A stretch of DNA of 64,000 bases from Piscinibacter sp. (GTDB lineage Bacteria; Pseudomonadota; Gammaproteobacteria; Burkholderiales; Burkholderiaceae_C): NCBI RefSeq assembly GCF_041496605.1, contig NZ_JBGQEX010000003.1; one strand, 5' to 3'. Below are positions 1 to 9,383 of the stretch, piece by piece (within the stretch, counting starts at the first letter, position 1; every line of letters begins with the position of its first letter). Position numbers and translations under genes: made by a program. The notes under the pieces were generated by a model. The model ran no database searches, was not told where the DNA came from, and saw nothing but the letters and a program-made list of their open reading frames with translations.

Positions 1-2
1 TG

Positions 3-227
3 GTTGCGCCGGGTGCACTCGGCTCGGCGGCCGAACGGCTGCGGCGCGAATCGGTTTCGCTGCGCGAGATGACCACCTGGCCCGGCATCAGCCTCGAGCG
101 GGCCAGTCGGCTGCTCAACGCGCTGTACCTCGCATCGGCGCTGCTGGTCACACGAACGCACCCGGCGGCGCGTGCCGAGCCCGGTTTTGTTCGCGGCTTG
201 TTCGGCGCACGCAAGCCGCGCCGCTGA
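3..227 (+). CDS. 3' end of an unidentified CDS (partial, runs off the window start)
   Basis: Frame 3 is open from the window edge to TGA at 225-227, with high GC3. Translation ends ...SLREMTTWPGISLERASRLLNALYLASALLVTRTHPAARAEPGFVRGLFGARKPRR. No family recognised. Confidence 0.4.
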   Translation, partial: VAPGALGSAAERLRRESVSLREMTTWPGISLERASRLLNALYLASALLVTRTHPAARAEPGFVRGLFGARKPRR

Positions 228-228
228 G

Positions 229-618
229 TCACGCGCTCGCGTGCGCCGGGCTGTCGGTCTCGTCGACGACGATGTCGACATGGGCGGCAAGCCGCGCCTG
301 CCGCTCCTTGCGGGCCGAGGCGAGCTGGGAGCGCGCCAGCAGCACGCGTTCGGCGATGTTGCGCGATTCGCTTTCTTCGGTCTCGATCTCGCTCGCCGGT
401 GCGCAGACGAACCCGCCGCCTTTCCACCACACGTAGACCTGCGCTCCCGGCTCCAACTGGTGCTGCGGGCTGGAGAACTTCATCTCGACAGCACCGAGGG
501 GCAGATCGAGGCGGATCATTCCTTTGTCGGTCACGCGGGTCTCGAAGCGACCGTGCTTCACCGGCTCGAGCAGGGCCGGGAAGATCGGCGTGTGCGGCCA
601 GCAGAGAACTCGGTTCAT
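229..618 (-). CDS. conserved hypothetical protein (129 aa)
   Basis: The ORF 229-696 is trimmed to the ATG at 618, which is preceded by an AAGGA Shine-Dalgarno. Codon usage is GC3-rich. Sequence begins MNRVLCWPHTPIFPALLEPVKHGRFETRVTDKG... No family confidently recognised. Confidence 0.55.
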   Translation of the reverse strand: MNRVLCWPHTPIFPALLEPVKHGRFETRVTDKGMIRLDLPLGAVEMKFSSPQHQLEPGAQVYVWWKGGGFVCAPASEIETEESESRNIAERVLLARSQLASARKERQARLAAHVDIVVDETDSPAHASA

Positions 619-835
619 GACAAATCCTTGTTGTTCGCGTTGGGGTGTGCCACAAGATATCGGAGCCGTCCCCAGGGCATGAACGTGAATTACCACCGCT
701 TACTGCACTTGCATGTCGTCGCTCGGCCGGTGCAGGCCCCCAATTCGCGCCGATGCGTGGTGGGCTGACGCCGGCGTCGCGCTCGACGCTACAGTGCTGG
801 CCGTGCCCCGCCGGCGTCGGGGTCGAGGGGGCTGC

Positions 836-1702
836 GTGTTTCGATGGAACGATGCGATTCGATGTATTGGTGCTGCCGCGCTGGCGGCCTTGGCCCCACT
901 GGCGGCGCGGGCCCAGGCCGCAGCGTCCGAGGCGCCGATCGACGATTCGGCCGCGCGCCCGCGTTGGGAGGTGGGGCTCGTGCTCGGCGGCGGGCGGGTG
1001 AGCGACTACCCCGGGGCCGATCAGACGCACTGGCGCAGCCTTGTCGCGCCCTTGCTCATCTATCGCGGCCCGATCTTGCGGGTGGATCGCGACGGCATCC
1101 GCGGGCGTCTGCTCAACACCAGCGACTTCGAGTTCGACCTGTCGGCCAGCGCCGCCTTCAACGCACGCAACAACGACGCGCGCCAAGGCATGCCGGACCT
1201 GGACTATCTGTTCGGCTTTGGCCCGCAGCTCATCTACAAGGGCTTGCGCGGCAACTTCGGCAGCCCGACGCTGCATCTCAAGGCCCGCGCGCTGATGTCG
1301 ACCGACTTCCGCCATATTCACGGGCGCGGCGTGGCGATCGACCCGGAGCTGCGTTGGCGCTGGGCCCCGCTGGCCGGGATGCCGGCGGCCTTGGCCTTTT
1401 CGGTGGGCCCGACCTGGGCCAGCCGGGAGCTGAATCGCTACTTCTACGAAGTCGAACCGGGCCAGGCCACGCCCACGCGCCCTGCCTACGTGGCGCGAGC
1501 GGGCTACCTCGGCACCGAGGCGACCCTGACGCTCAGCGGCCGCCACAGCAGCAAGCTGTCGTGGTTCGTGACGGCGCGCGGCATGTCGCTGCGCGGATCG
1601 GCCAATGCCGACAGCCCGCTGTTGCGCCAAAGCAGCAACCTCAGTGTCGGCGCCGGCGTGCTGTGGACGCCGTGGCAAAGCCAGGCACGGGCGGTCGACT
1701 GA
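836..1702 (+). CDS. MipA/OmpV family outer-membrane protein
   Basis: Signal peptide (AAALAALAPLAARAQA) followed by beta-barrel-like alternating segments and a C-terminal aromatic-rich end. Resembles the MltA-interacting MipA family. Start set at the GTG at 836 inside ORF 713-1702; the start is uncertain. Confidence 0.7.
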   Translation: MFRWNDAIRCIGAAALAALAPLAARAQAAASEAPIDDSAARPRWEVGLVLGGGRVSDYPGADQTHWRSLVAPLLIYRGPILRVDRDGIRGRLLNTSDFEFDLSASAAFNARNNDARQGMPDLDYLFGFGPQLIYKGLRGNFGSPTLHLKARALMSTDFRHIHGRGVAIDPELRWRWAPLAGMPAALAFSVGPTWASRELNRYFYEVEPGQATPTRPAYVARAGYLGTEATLTLSGRHSSKLSWFVTARGMSLRGSANADSPLLRQSSNLSVGAGVLWTPWQSQARAVD

Positions 1703-2066
1703 GACGACGGCACCCGCGTCGCATCGCTGGGGGCATTCAGCCACATTGATGCGGCTCGGCGCCGGCCGAGGCCGGGCCGATACACGCCAGACGCCAACCG
1801 TTCACCCGTCGTTTCGCAACGATGCGCTTGGTTGGCTTGGCGTTTTCATGGGCTGCCTAAGCTGAACCCATGCGTTTCGGGTTGCATCCGTCCCAGCCGG
1901 CGCCGCGTAGAAGTGACACAAGGCCCGGCGAGTTTGTCAGTGCAATTCGTACAGCCGGCGTCGCCGTCGTCCGACACCCTGAATCGTCGGCGGCCGATGG
2001 TGCGAGCCGTCGACGCTGCGTACGCTGGGGGCAGGCTGAATCTCACGCCTTGAAGGGGCACAGATC

Positions 2067-2288
2067 ATGAACGCTTCGACAATGTCTTCGCAGGAACGTG
2101 CCCACTACGAGTTGCGCTTCCGCTCGCTGTTCCACGAGGGACGCGCTTATGCCTTCCCGTGTGACGCCGCCGGCCGTGTCGACATGGACGCGCTCAGCGA
2201 TCGGGCCCGCGACAACTACTTCTATGCCCGCACGGTGATCGGGCGCGAGGTCTCGGTGCCGGCCGTTCAGCCCTGCGACATGCACTGA
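2067..2288 (+). CDS. small conserved hypothetical protein (73 aa), paralog of 9162-9383
   Basis: ATG preceded by GAAGGGG, with GC3-rich codons. 49/73 positions are identical to the 9162-9383 product in my manual alignment (shared AHYELRF-SL, GRAY-FPCDAAG-VDMDALS-RARDNY-YARTV). Confidence 0.6.
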   Translation: MNASTMSSQERAHYELRFRSLFHEGRAYAFPCDAAGRVDMDALSDRARDNYFYARTVIGREVSVPAVQPCDMH

Positions 2289-2327
2289 GCGGGCGCTGCA
2301 TGTGCGCGCGGCGCCGCCCGTGCGGCT

Positions 2328-2831
2328 TCAGTCCGTGCCCGGCCGGATGTCGGCGAAGCGGGCCCTGAACCAGTCGTCGAGCATCTGCTTCTCGTGGCGC
2401 AAGGGCTCGGAGGTGTCGTAACGGCTGAGCCGACGCAGATAGTCCATGTCGGCAATGCTCTCTTCACCGCTCTTGAGCACCTTGCCATTCGATTCCAAGG
2501 TATAGCGAACATTGATGCGCGGCCAGTCGGCCATGCCCTTGACGATGCGCACATTGGTCCCCGGGCGCCGACGCATCGGCCAGACGTTGCCGGCCAGGTC
2601 GACGTCGCGCACCTCGACCTTCAACAGCTGATCGGGCGCCAGGTAGCGCTTGCCCATGGCCTGCAGGTGCTGCGAGATGGCTCGCAGATTGGCGGCTTCG
2701 TCCGACGGCGTGGTGCCGGCATCGGCGAAGCGCGCCGAATCGACGAACGAGACCGTGACAATGCCCGCCTGCGCCATACCAGCAGCCGCGGCGAAGCACC
2801 CCAGAATCAGCACACGGGCAGAGGGTCGCAT
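2328..2831 (-). CDS. secreted protein, DUF3016-like
   Basis: N-terminal signal peptide (MRPSARVLILGCFAAAAGMAQA). The ~167 aa size and the motifs (FVDSARFADAG, INVRYTL) match my recollection of DUF3016 proteins. Confidence 0.6.
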   Translation of the reverse strand: MRPSARVLILGCFAAAAGMAQAGIVTVSFVDSARFADAGTTPSDEAANLRAISQHLQAMGKRYLAPDQLLKVEVRDVDLAGNVWPMRRRPGTNVRIVKGMADWPRINVRYTLESNGKVLKSGEESIADMDYLRRLSRYDTSEPLRHEKQMLDDWFRARFADIRPGTD

Positions 2832-2928
2832 AAGAGCCTCCTGAGTTGAGGCTTATTGTGACCCTCGCCCACCGCCCAAAGTTCAGACGCCTGCACCCAG
2901 CAGGGTTGTTGTGTCGCGGCCCCGATGG

Positions 2929-3987
2929 TCAGTTGCCGGGCACGATCATCGGCTCGAAGGTGAACACGTTGCGGCTGTGCGGATCGACCGACACCTTGAC
3001 CCAGTGGACGTTCGGGCTGCCGAAGGTTTCGACGCGGGTGAAGTTGGGCAGCAGGTGCGCCTGGTCGAACAGCGGCTTGTCGATCTTGAAGAAGTGCGTG
3101 TCGCCATGCACCAGCACCACCTGCCCGGCGAAGGCGGCGGTTTCGCTCGCGAGCGTATTGAGAAACGCCGTGTAGCCCTCGTAGCCCGGCAGGGCGCGCT
3201 CGTTGAGCGTCTCGGTTTCGGGCAGGTCGAAGCCCGGGTCGGCCTGGATGATCACCATCACGCCCACCGAGCGTTCGGCCCTGGCTTTCTGGAACGTGTC
3301 CTTCAGGAACTGGATGTTGGCCGCGTCGCGGGCGACGTACTCGGCGGTGTCGGCGTCGCAGTCCACCTGCGTGCGCACGCTCTTGGCACTCAGGCACTCG
3401 CCCGGCTTCACCAGGTTGTTGTTGCTGCCGGGCACGTTCAGGCCGACGAACACCACGTCGCCGTACTTCCATCGCGTGTTCTCGACATACAGCCCGGCCA
3501 GGGGACCCTGGTGCTCGAGCACGAACGGCCGATGGCCGAAGCTGTAGGGGCTCGCGAACATCGTCTGGCGGATGTAGGTCAGCCGCTCGAGGTTGTTGTA
3601 GCCGCCGTTGTTGGTGCGATGGCAGTCGGTCCACTCGTTGTCGCCGAGCACGTAGACCATCGGCGCCTTGAACGAGTTGAAGGTGTTGGCGGCCGTTGCG
3701 TAGACGTCGTTGGTGCACAGCGAGCTGCCGCTCTTGATGTCGCCGTCGAATACCGTGAACGCCACCTTTGCGGCGTTGATGTCCGCCACCAGCGGGGCGA
3801 TCTTCGGCGTCTGGGTGTCGGTGATGCCCGGGGTGATGTAGGGCATGTCGCCCCACAGCGCGAAGCTGAACGTGTGGCGGTTGGATTGCTCGTGCTCGCC
3901 CGCTTCAGCCAGCACGGCGGGGGCCATGAGGCCGATTGTCGCGGCCAACGCGGTTTGTCCGATCAGCTTGTGCGCCATGTGTTTCAT
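2929..3987 (-). CDS. secreted metallophosphoesterase (calcineurin-like)
   Basis: Signal peptide, then the motifs GDMPY, DGDIKSG, GDNEW and VHGDTHF, which are typical of the metallophosphoesterase fold. Confidence 0.8.
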   Translation of the reverse strand: MKHMAHKLIGQTALAATIGLMAPAVLAEAGEHEQSNRHTFSFALWGDMPYITPGITDTQTPKIAPLVADINAAKVAFTVFDGDIKSGSSLCTNDVYATAANTFNSFKAPMVYVLGDNEWTDCHRTNNGGYNNLERLTYIRQTMFASPYSFGHRPFVLEHQGPLAGLYVENTRWKYGDVVFVGLNVPGSNNNLVKPGECLSAKSVRTQVDCDADTAEYVARDAANIQFLKDTFQKARAERSVGVMVIIQADPGFDLPETETLNERALPGYEGYTAFLNTLASETAAFAGQVVLVHGDTHFFKIDKPLFDQAHLLPNFTRVETFGSPNVHWVKVSVDPHSRNVFTFEPMIVPGN

Positions 3988-4177
3988 CGCCGTCCTTGTG
4001 AATGGGATTGATAAGAAGCGCTGATGCTGCGGCCAGGGTGTGAAAGCTTCATGACACGGCCCCGCTGCGCCGCCGGGTGGGCGGCTGCGGTCTTGATTGC
4101 GCTCGGCGCGTCACCTATAACTAAACGCGGTCCGAGTCCCGCGCGGCCGCATGTTCTTGCAACGCAAGGAGCCCGCT

Positions 4178-4567
4178 ATGCTGACCAACTCCCACCTCAC
4201 CACCATTCTTCCGGTCGTGCAAATAGATCGTGCGCGCCGGTTCTACGAGGACAAGCTGGGGCTCGTGCCTGAAGGCGCGCATGCGGACGGGTCATTCGTC
4301 ATGCGCAGCGGCGATGGCGGCACGCTGGCCCTCATTCCGCGGCCTGACCGCAAGGCAGCCGAATACACCGCCCTGAGTTTCGAGGTGGACAACATCGACC
4401 GCGAAATCAAGGATCTCGAGCGCCGCGGCGTGAAGTTCGAGGACTACGACCTGCCCGACCTGAAGACGGTGAACCACGTGTTCTCCACCGGCGACGAAAA
4501 GTGCGCCTGGCTCACCGACACCGAAGGCAACATTCTCTGCATCCACGAAGACACGCGCCGGCACTGA
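4178..4567 (+). CDS. VOC (glyoxalase/bleomycin-resistance/dioxygenase) family protein
   Basis: ATG at 4178 preceded by AAGGAG. Sequence LTTILPVVQIDRARRFYEDKLGL...ALSFEVDNIDREIKDLERRGVKFED is typical of VOC-fold proteins. Confidence 0.8.
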   Translation: MLTNSHLTTILPVVQIDRARRFYEDKLGLVPEGAHADGSFVMRSGDGGTLALIPRPDRKAAEYTALSFEVDNIDREIKDLERRGVKFEDYDLPDLKTVNHVFSTGDEKCAWLTDTEGNILCIHEDTRRH

Positions 4568-4578
4568 GCGGCAGCTGA

Positions 4579-4606
4579 GGCACCCCGGGCGTCGCCACGG
4601 GGTGCC
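4579..4606 (+). terminator. GC-rich hairpin downstream of the VOC gene (possible terminator)
   Basis: GGCACCCCG / CGGGGTGCC forms a 9-bp perfect stem with a 10-nt loop, 12 nt after the stop codon. There is no U-tract, so intrinsic-terminator status is uncertain. Confidence 0.3.
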
Positions 4607-4771
4607 GATGGAATTGCAGGCTGGCGCAAGCGGCCGCCCCGGTTGCGCCGCCGTCGTCCTTCAGCCGCGCACGCGGCTCGGGCTCGGGCGCGTCAATCTC
4701 TTACAGACGCGCAACGCGTCGCCACCATGGACAGCCGTTAAACTCGCGCCCATTCGAGTTCTTGCTGCCCC

Positions 4772-5515
4772 ATGGCTGTTGCCCCCTTAGCGAACGCGCC
4801 TGCCGTCTTCGATCTGAAAAGTGCCGCGCTGACGCTGGTCGCGTTGGTGTTGCGAACGACCGACCTCGCCTTGCTGGCACAGGAGCTGGAGCTGCGCTTC
4901 GGCGACGCGCCCGACCTGTTCGACCAGGATCCGGTGGCGATCGACCTGTCTGCGCTGCGCGAGGAACCCGACCCCATCGATTTCGCCGCGCTGATCGCGC
5001 TGCTGCGGCGCTTCAAGATGGTGCCGGTCGCCGCCAAAGGGGGCAGTAGCGCCCAAATGGAGGCGGCTCGCGCGGCGGGCCTGACCGACGCACACGACCG
5101 CGCGCCGGCGCGCGCCGAGACCGTGGTGCAGGAGGTCGTCAGCGAGGTCGTTCGAGAAGTGAGCGTGCCTGGCCCGGCAAATGCAACCGTCGTGATCGAC
5201 AAGCCGCTGCGTTCGGGCCAGCAGGTGTACGCGAAGGGGGCCGACCTGGTGGTGCTTGCGGTGGTGAGCTTTGGTGCCGAGGTCATTGCCGACGGCCACA
5301 TCCATGTCTATGCGCCGCTGCGCGGGCGCGCGATGGCCGGCGCGCGCGGCAACACCGACGCGCGCATCTTCACGACCTGCATGGAGCCGCAGCTGGTCGC
5401 CATCGCGGGCATTTACCGCACCACCGAGACCGAACTGCCCGCCGACGTGCTGGGGCGCCCGGCGCAGGTGCGGCTCGACGGCGAGCGGATCGTCATCGAG
5501 GCCTTGAAATCATGA
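4772..5515 (+). CDS. minC: septum site-determining protein MinC
   Basis: The C-terminal beta-helix region (VIADGHIHVYAPLRGRAMAG...IFTTCMEPQLVAIAG) is followed directly by minD and minE. Confidence 0.9.
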   Translation: MAVAPLANAPAVFDLKSAALTLVALVLRTTDLALLAQELELRFGDAPDLFDQDPVAIDLSALREEPDPIDFAALIALLRRFKMVPVAAKGGSSAQMEAARAAGLTDAHDRAPARAETVVQEVVSEVVREVSVPGPANATVVIDKPLRSGQQVYAKGADLVVLAVVSFGAEVIADGHIHVYAPLRGRAMAGARGNTDARIFTTCMEPQLVAIAGIYRTTETELPADVLGRPAQVRLDGERIVIEALKS

Positions 5516-5547
5516 CCTCTTCCGTACTCTGAAAGGACCCCCGACCG

Positions 5548-6363
5548 ATGGCCAAAATCATCGTGGTGACCTCCGGCAAAGGCGGCGTCGGCAAGACGAC
5601 CACCAGTGCCAGCTTCGCAGCCGGCCTGGCGCTTTCCGGCCACAAGACGGCCGTGATCGACTTCGACGTGGGCTTGCGCAACCTCGACCTGATCATGGGC
5701 TGCGAGCGCCGCGTGGTGTACGACCTGATCAACGTCATCCACAACGAAGCCAAGCTGACCCAGGCGCTGATCAAGGACAAGCAGTGCGACAACCTGTTCG
5801 TGCTGGCCGCCTCGCAAACGCGCGACAAGGACGCGCTGACGCAAGACGGTGTCGAGCGGGTGCTGAAAGAACTCGCCGAGATGGGCTTCGACTACATCGT
5901 CTGCGACTCGCCGGCCGGCATCGAGACCGGCGCGCTGATGGCGATGCACTTCGCCGACGAGGCACTGGTCGTGACCAACCCGGAAGTCTCGTCGGTGCGC
6001 GACTCCGACCGCATCCTGGGCATGCTCAGCAGCAAGACCCGCCGCGCCATCGACGGCAAGGAGCCGATCAAGGAGCACCTGCTGATCACCCGCTACAACC
6101 CGAACCGGGTGCAGGGCGGGCAGATGCTGTCGCTCGACGACATCCAGGAGATCCTGCGCATTCCGCTGATCGGCGTGGTGCCCGAATCCGAGACCGTGCT
6201 CGACGCGTCGAACCAGGGCGTGCCGGCGGTGCACATGAAGGGCAGCGACGTCTCCGAGGCGTACAAGGACGTGGTCAGCCGCTTCCTCGGCGAGCACAGG
6301 CCGATGCGCTTCGTCGACGCGGCGCGGCCGGGTTTCCTCAGGCGCGTTTTCGGCGGGAGGTGA
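5548..6363 (+). CDS. minD: septum site-determining ATPase MinD
   Basis: Deviant Walker A motif ([10 protein letters not shown]) with full-length similarity to MinD, in minCDE context. Confidence 0.97.
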   Translation: MAKIIVVTSGKGGVGKTTTSASFAAGLALSGHKTAVIDFDVGLRNLDLIMGCERRVVYDLINVIHNEAKLTQALIKDKQCDNLFVLAASQTRDKDALTQDGVERVLKELAEMGFDYIVCDSPAGIETGALMAMHFADEALVVTNPEVSSVRDSDRILGMLSSKTRRAIDGKEPIKEHLLITRYNPNRVQGGQMLSLDDIQEILRIPLIGVVPESETVLDASNQGVPAVHMKGSDVSEAYKDVVSRFLGEHRPMRFVDAARPGFLRRVFGGR

Positions 6364-6367
6364 GCGC

Positions 6368-6631
6368 ATGTCATTCCTCACCTTCCTGCTCGGCGAAAAG
6401 AAGAAGACCGCCAGCGTCGCCAAGGAGCGGCTGCAGATCATCCTGGCGCACGAACGCAGCGGCCGCGGCGGCAGTCGGCCCGACTACCTGCCGGCGCTGC
6501 AGCGCGAACTGGTGGCGGTGATCTCGAAGTACGTGTCGATCCGCGCCGACGACATCAAGGTGCACCTGGAGCGCCAGGACAACCTCGATGTGCTGGAGGT
6601 CAAGATCGAACTGCCCGACGCCATTCGATAG
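6368..6631 (+). CDS. minE: cell division topological specificity factor MinE
   Basis: 87 aa. Sequence [30 protein letters not shown] is the canonical MinE N-terminus. Confidence 0.95.
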   Translation: MSFLTFLLGEKKKTASVAKERLQIILAHERSGRGGSRPDYLPALQRELVAVISKYVSIRADDIKVHLERQDNLDVLEVKIELPDAIR

Positions 6632-6640
6632 AGCGTGAAG

Positions 6641-6664
6641 CGAAGGGCGAGGGGGGGCCCTTCG
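6641..6664. terminator. hairpin between convergent minE and the FKBP gene
   Basis: CGAAGGGC / GCCCTTCG forms an 8-bp stem with an 8-nt G-rich loop in the 53-bp convergent spacer. Confidence 0.4.
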
Positions 6665-6684
6665 AGTGATTCGAGGCAGCGCGG

Positions 6685-7158
6685 TCAGCGCCCAGCAATC
6701 CCCAGCAGCTCCACCTCGAACTCCAAGGTCGCGTTCGGCGGGATCACGCCGCCGGCGCCGCGCTCGCCGTAGGCGATGGCAGCCGGGCACGTGAGCCGGG
6801 CCTTGCCGCCGATCTTCATGCGCTGCACCCCCTCGGTCCAGCACTTGATCACGCGGTTCAGCGCGAACTCGGCCGGCGCGTTGCGCGCATAGGAACTGTC
6901 GAATTCGCGGCCATCGAGGAAGGTGCCGCGGTAGTGCACCTTCACCGTGTCGGTGGCCGCGGGGCTGGCGCCGCTGCCGTCTTTCAACGAGCGGTAGACC
7001 AGCCCGCTGGCCGTGACGACCGCGTCGGCTTCCTTGGCCGCGGAGGCGGCGGCGTCGGCTTGCGCCCAAGCGGCCGGCGCGGCGATGAGGGCGAACAAGG
7101 CGCCAAAGAGAACAACTTTCACTGAGCATCTCCCGGGGTGACGAACAGGCGCCATCAT
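6685..7158 (-). CDS. FKBP-type peptidyl-prolyl cis-trans isomerase (secreted)
   Basis: Signal peptide followed by the FKBP core (VKVHYRGTFLDGREFDSSY...IPPNATLEFEVELL). Confidence 0.9.
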   Translation of the reverse strand: MMAPVRHPGRCSVKVVLFGALFALIAAPAAWAQADAAASAAKEADAVVTASGLVYRSLKDGSGASPAATDTVKVHYRGTFLDGREFDSSYARNAPAEFALNRVIKCWTEGVQRMKIGGKARLTCPAAIAYGERGAGGVIPPNATLEFEVELLGIAGR

Positions 7159-7201
7159 CGCTCAGGCTTCGTACACTGCTCCATTCGCCACCAGTACATC
7201 C

Positions 7202-8155
7202 ATGACCATCCTGCTCGCCCCGATGGAGGGGCTTCTCGACTTCACGCTGCGCGACATCCTCACGCGCATCGGCGGCATTGATCGTTGCGTGTCCGAGTTC
7301 ATCCGCGTCTCGGGCACGCTGCTGCCCGACCGCGTGTTCCTGCGCATCGTGCCCGAGCTTGCGCATGGCGGGCGCACACGCGCCGGTGTGCCGGTGCGCG
7401 CTCAGCTGATGGGCTCCGACCCAGTCTGCCTCGCGGAGAACGCTGCCAAACTCGCGGCTCTGGGCCCGGCCGGCATCGACCTCAATTTCGGCTGCCCGGC
7501 CAAGGTGGTGAACCGCCATCGCGGTGGCGCCGCGCTGCTCGACGAGCCGGAGCTGCTCGCCAAGCTGGTGGGCGCCGTGCGCCGTGCGGTGCCGCCATCG
7601 ATGCCGGTGTCGGCCAAGATGCGCCTGGGCAACCTGTGCGACACGCGTGCGCTCGAATGCGCGCAGGCCATTGCCAGCGGCGGCGCCGACGAGTTGGTCG
7701 TGCATGCCCGCACCAAGGCGCATGGCTACCGGCCACCCGCGTACTGGGAACGCATCAGCGACGTCCGCACTGCCGTCACCATCCCGGTGGTCGCCAACGG
7801 CGAGATCTGGAGCCGCGAAGATGCATCACGCTGCCGCGAGGTCTCCGGGTGCGACGCGTTGATGCTCGGCCGCGGCATGGTCAGCGATCCGGGCCTGGCC
7901 CTGGCCATCGCGCGGCCTGGCCATGCGGCCTTGAGCTGGCAGGCGCTGCTGCCCTTCATCGCCGAGTTCTGGCAGTTGATTCGCGCGCACATCGAACCGC
8001 GGCATCGCGCGGGCCGGCTCAAGCAGTGGCTGAACTACCTGCGCCGGCGCTATCCGGAAGCGGCGGCGGCGTATGCGGCCGTGCGCACCGTCAACCAACC
8101 GGACGCCGTCAGCGCCCGGTTGTTCACCCCCTCGCCCGCGGAGCACCTTCAGTGA
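7202..8155 (+). CDS. dusC: tRNA-dihydrouridine(16) synthase DusC
   Basis: Collinear with E. coli DusC as I recall it (LLAPMEG-LD, EFIRV, DLNFGCP, VSAKMRLG, LVVHARTK, ANGEIW, KQWLNYLRR). Confidence 0.9.
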   Translation: MTILLAPMEGLLDFTLRDILTRIGGIDRCVSEFIRVSGTLLPDRVFLRIVPELAHGGRTRAGVPVRAQLMGSDPVCLAENAAKLAALGPAGIDLNFGCPAKVVNRHRGGAALLDEPELLAKLVGAVRRAVPPSMPVSAKMRLGNLCDTRALECAQAIASGGADELVVHARTKAHGYRPPAYWERISDVRTAVTIPVVANGEIWSREDASRCREVSGCDALMLGRGMVSDPGLALAIARPGHAALSWQALLPFIAEFWQLIRAHIEPRHRAGRLKQWLNYLRRRYPEAAAAYAAVRTVNQPDAVSARLFTPSPAEHLQ

Positions 8156-8376
8156 AGACCTACAACATCGAGATGCAGCGCGTGAAGGCCATGTCCAGCA
8201 GCCACGGACTCATCAACGCGCAAATCGACGCACTGGTGCTGCCGTCGACTGCCGCCGAAGGCAAGACGCCGACAACGCTGCTGAGCATGAGCGAAGACAC
8301 GGCGCGCGTGCTGCAGGCCCTGCTGAAGACGCAGCTCGCCGAGGTCGACCGGCGCAAGGGCCGCAGCCAGCGGTGA
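8152..8376 (+). CDS. small hypothetical protein (up to 74 aa), possibly translationally coupled to dusC
   Basis: The GTG at 8152 overlaps the dusC TGA (GTGA), and an in-frame ATG lies at 8173. GC3-rich codon usage supports coding. No family recognised. Confidence 0.45.
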   Translation: MKTYNIEMQRVKAMSSSHGLINAQIDALVLPSTAAEGKTPTTLLSMSEDTARVLQALLKTQLAEVDRRKGRSQR

Positions 8377-8494
8377 CGCGCGCAGCGGCGTCGACCCGCG
8401 CGGCTGATCGCACTTCGCCGGCATCCCTAGGTTGAACTCGATGCGGGCGGCATCGGTGTCCGCTGGGCCGGAGCAATCTCGTACTCCTGTGTGA

Positions 8495-8517
8495 GCACAA
8501 CGAATCGGTCGTTGTGC
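8495..8517 (+). promoter_or_regulatory. perfect 9-bp hairpin in the leader of the 8543 gene
   Basis: GCACAACGA-ATCGG-TCGTTGTGC, ending 25 nt upstream of the ATG at 8543. Function unknown. Confidence 0.3.
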
Positions 8518-8542
8518 CGCGCCGACACAGGGAGCCCCAAAC

Positions 8543-9067
8543 ATGGCAAAGACGACGTTTTCGCTGAGCGCAAAGGTCGCGTTCCTGAAGATCCCGCCCG
8601 AGGCGTGGGACGCGATCATTCCGCACAGCCAAAAGATCTCGCAGGCCGTGGTCGAGTACTGGACCGGCGGCGTCGTGCGCGACATTGCGAATCGCCTGAC
8701 GGACCAGGCGGCACGCGAGCGGCTGACGGGGCTTGCGCGCGAGATGATCGTGTCGGGCACCAAGGGCCTGATCCAGGGATGGGAAGACGGCGACGACATC
8801 TGCCCGCCGTGGCCGCCATTTCCGCCGATCCCGTGGCCCGGCGGCTCCGGCCCCGGCAACCCCGACCCGATTCCATGGAAGACCGGCGTGACCGAACAGG
8901 TCGTGCTGGCCGACATGCTGCTGAGCCTGGCGGGCATCACCACCCAGGCCGGCTTCAGCAAGCAGCTCAAAGAGATGTCCGTGTCCCTCATCAAGGGCGC
9001 GTCGCGCCACTTGGTGGAGGACTTCGAAAAGACCCACGTGCAGCCGCGAATGATCGGGGCGAGTTGA
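8543..9067 (+). CDS. hypothetical protein with central Pro/Trp-rich linker (174 aa)
   Basis: ATG preceded by GGGAG, with GC3-biased codons. Contains ICPPWPPFPPIPWPGGSGPGNPDPIPW between two predicted helical halves. No family recognised. Confidence 0.6.
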   Translation: MAKTTFSLSAKVAFLKIPPEAWDAIIPHSQKISQAVVEYWTGGVVRDIANRLTDQAARERLTGLAREMIVSGTKGLIQGWEDGDDICPPWPPFPPIPWPGGSGPGNPDPIPWKTGVTEQVVLADMLLSLAGITTQAGFSKQLKEMSVSLIKGASRHLVEDFEKTHVQPRMIGAS

Positions 9068-9161
9068 GACGCGGCGGCCGGCGTGTGCCGCGTCGCCCCT
9101 CGTTGATCCGCCCCGCGCGCGTGCGACTGCGCCTTGTGCCCACCGGCAAGGAGCAAGCATC

Positions 9162-9383
9162 ATGAATCCGTCGATCTCGAACCCGCAGGCAGGCGCCCAC
9201 TACGAGCTGCGCTTTCAGTCGCTGGTCGACCAGGGGCGGGCCTATGTCTTCCCCTGCGACGCCGCCGGCCACGTGGACATGGACGCTCTCAGTGAGCGTG
9301 CCCGCGACAACTACCTGTACGCACGCACGGTGGTCGGGTGCGAGTTCTCGATGCCGGCGGTGCTGGTCAATCCCTTGCACTGA
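9162..9383 (+). CDS. small conserved hypothetical protein (73 aa), paralog of 2067-2288
   Basis: ATG preceded by AAGGAG. See the paralog comparison under 2067-2288. Confidence 0.6.
   Translation: MNPSISNPQAGAHYELRFQSLVDQGRAYVFPCDAAGHVDMDALSERARDNYLYARTVVGCEFSMPAVLVNPLH

Noticed and set aside
172-768. 198-codon plus-strand ORF at the window start
   Set aside because: It is antisense to the better-supported 229-618 gene, which has a Shine-Dalgarno sequence and sensible composition. Its own translation is Arg/Ala-rich.
1703-2066. Long intergenic regions (also 4568-4771, 18307-18667, 44360-44786 and 45225-45509) inspected for tRNA, sRNA or riboswitch signatures
   Set aside because: I found no cloverleaf-compatible sequence or any riboswitch consensus I recognise. 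Without covariance-model searches I cannot call any RNA gene.
5413-7723. Long minus-strand ORFs 5413-6441 and 6371-7723
   Set aside because: They are antisense to or frame-shifted relative to minD, minE, the FKBP gene and dusC, all of which are well supported. They are GC-driven open frames.
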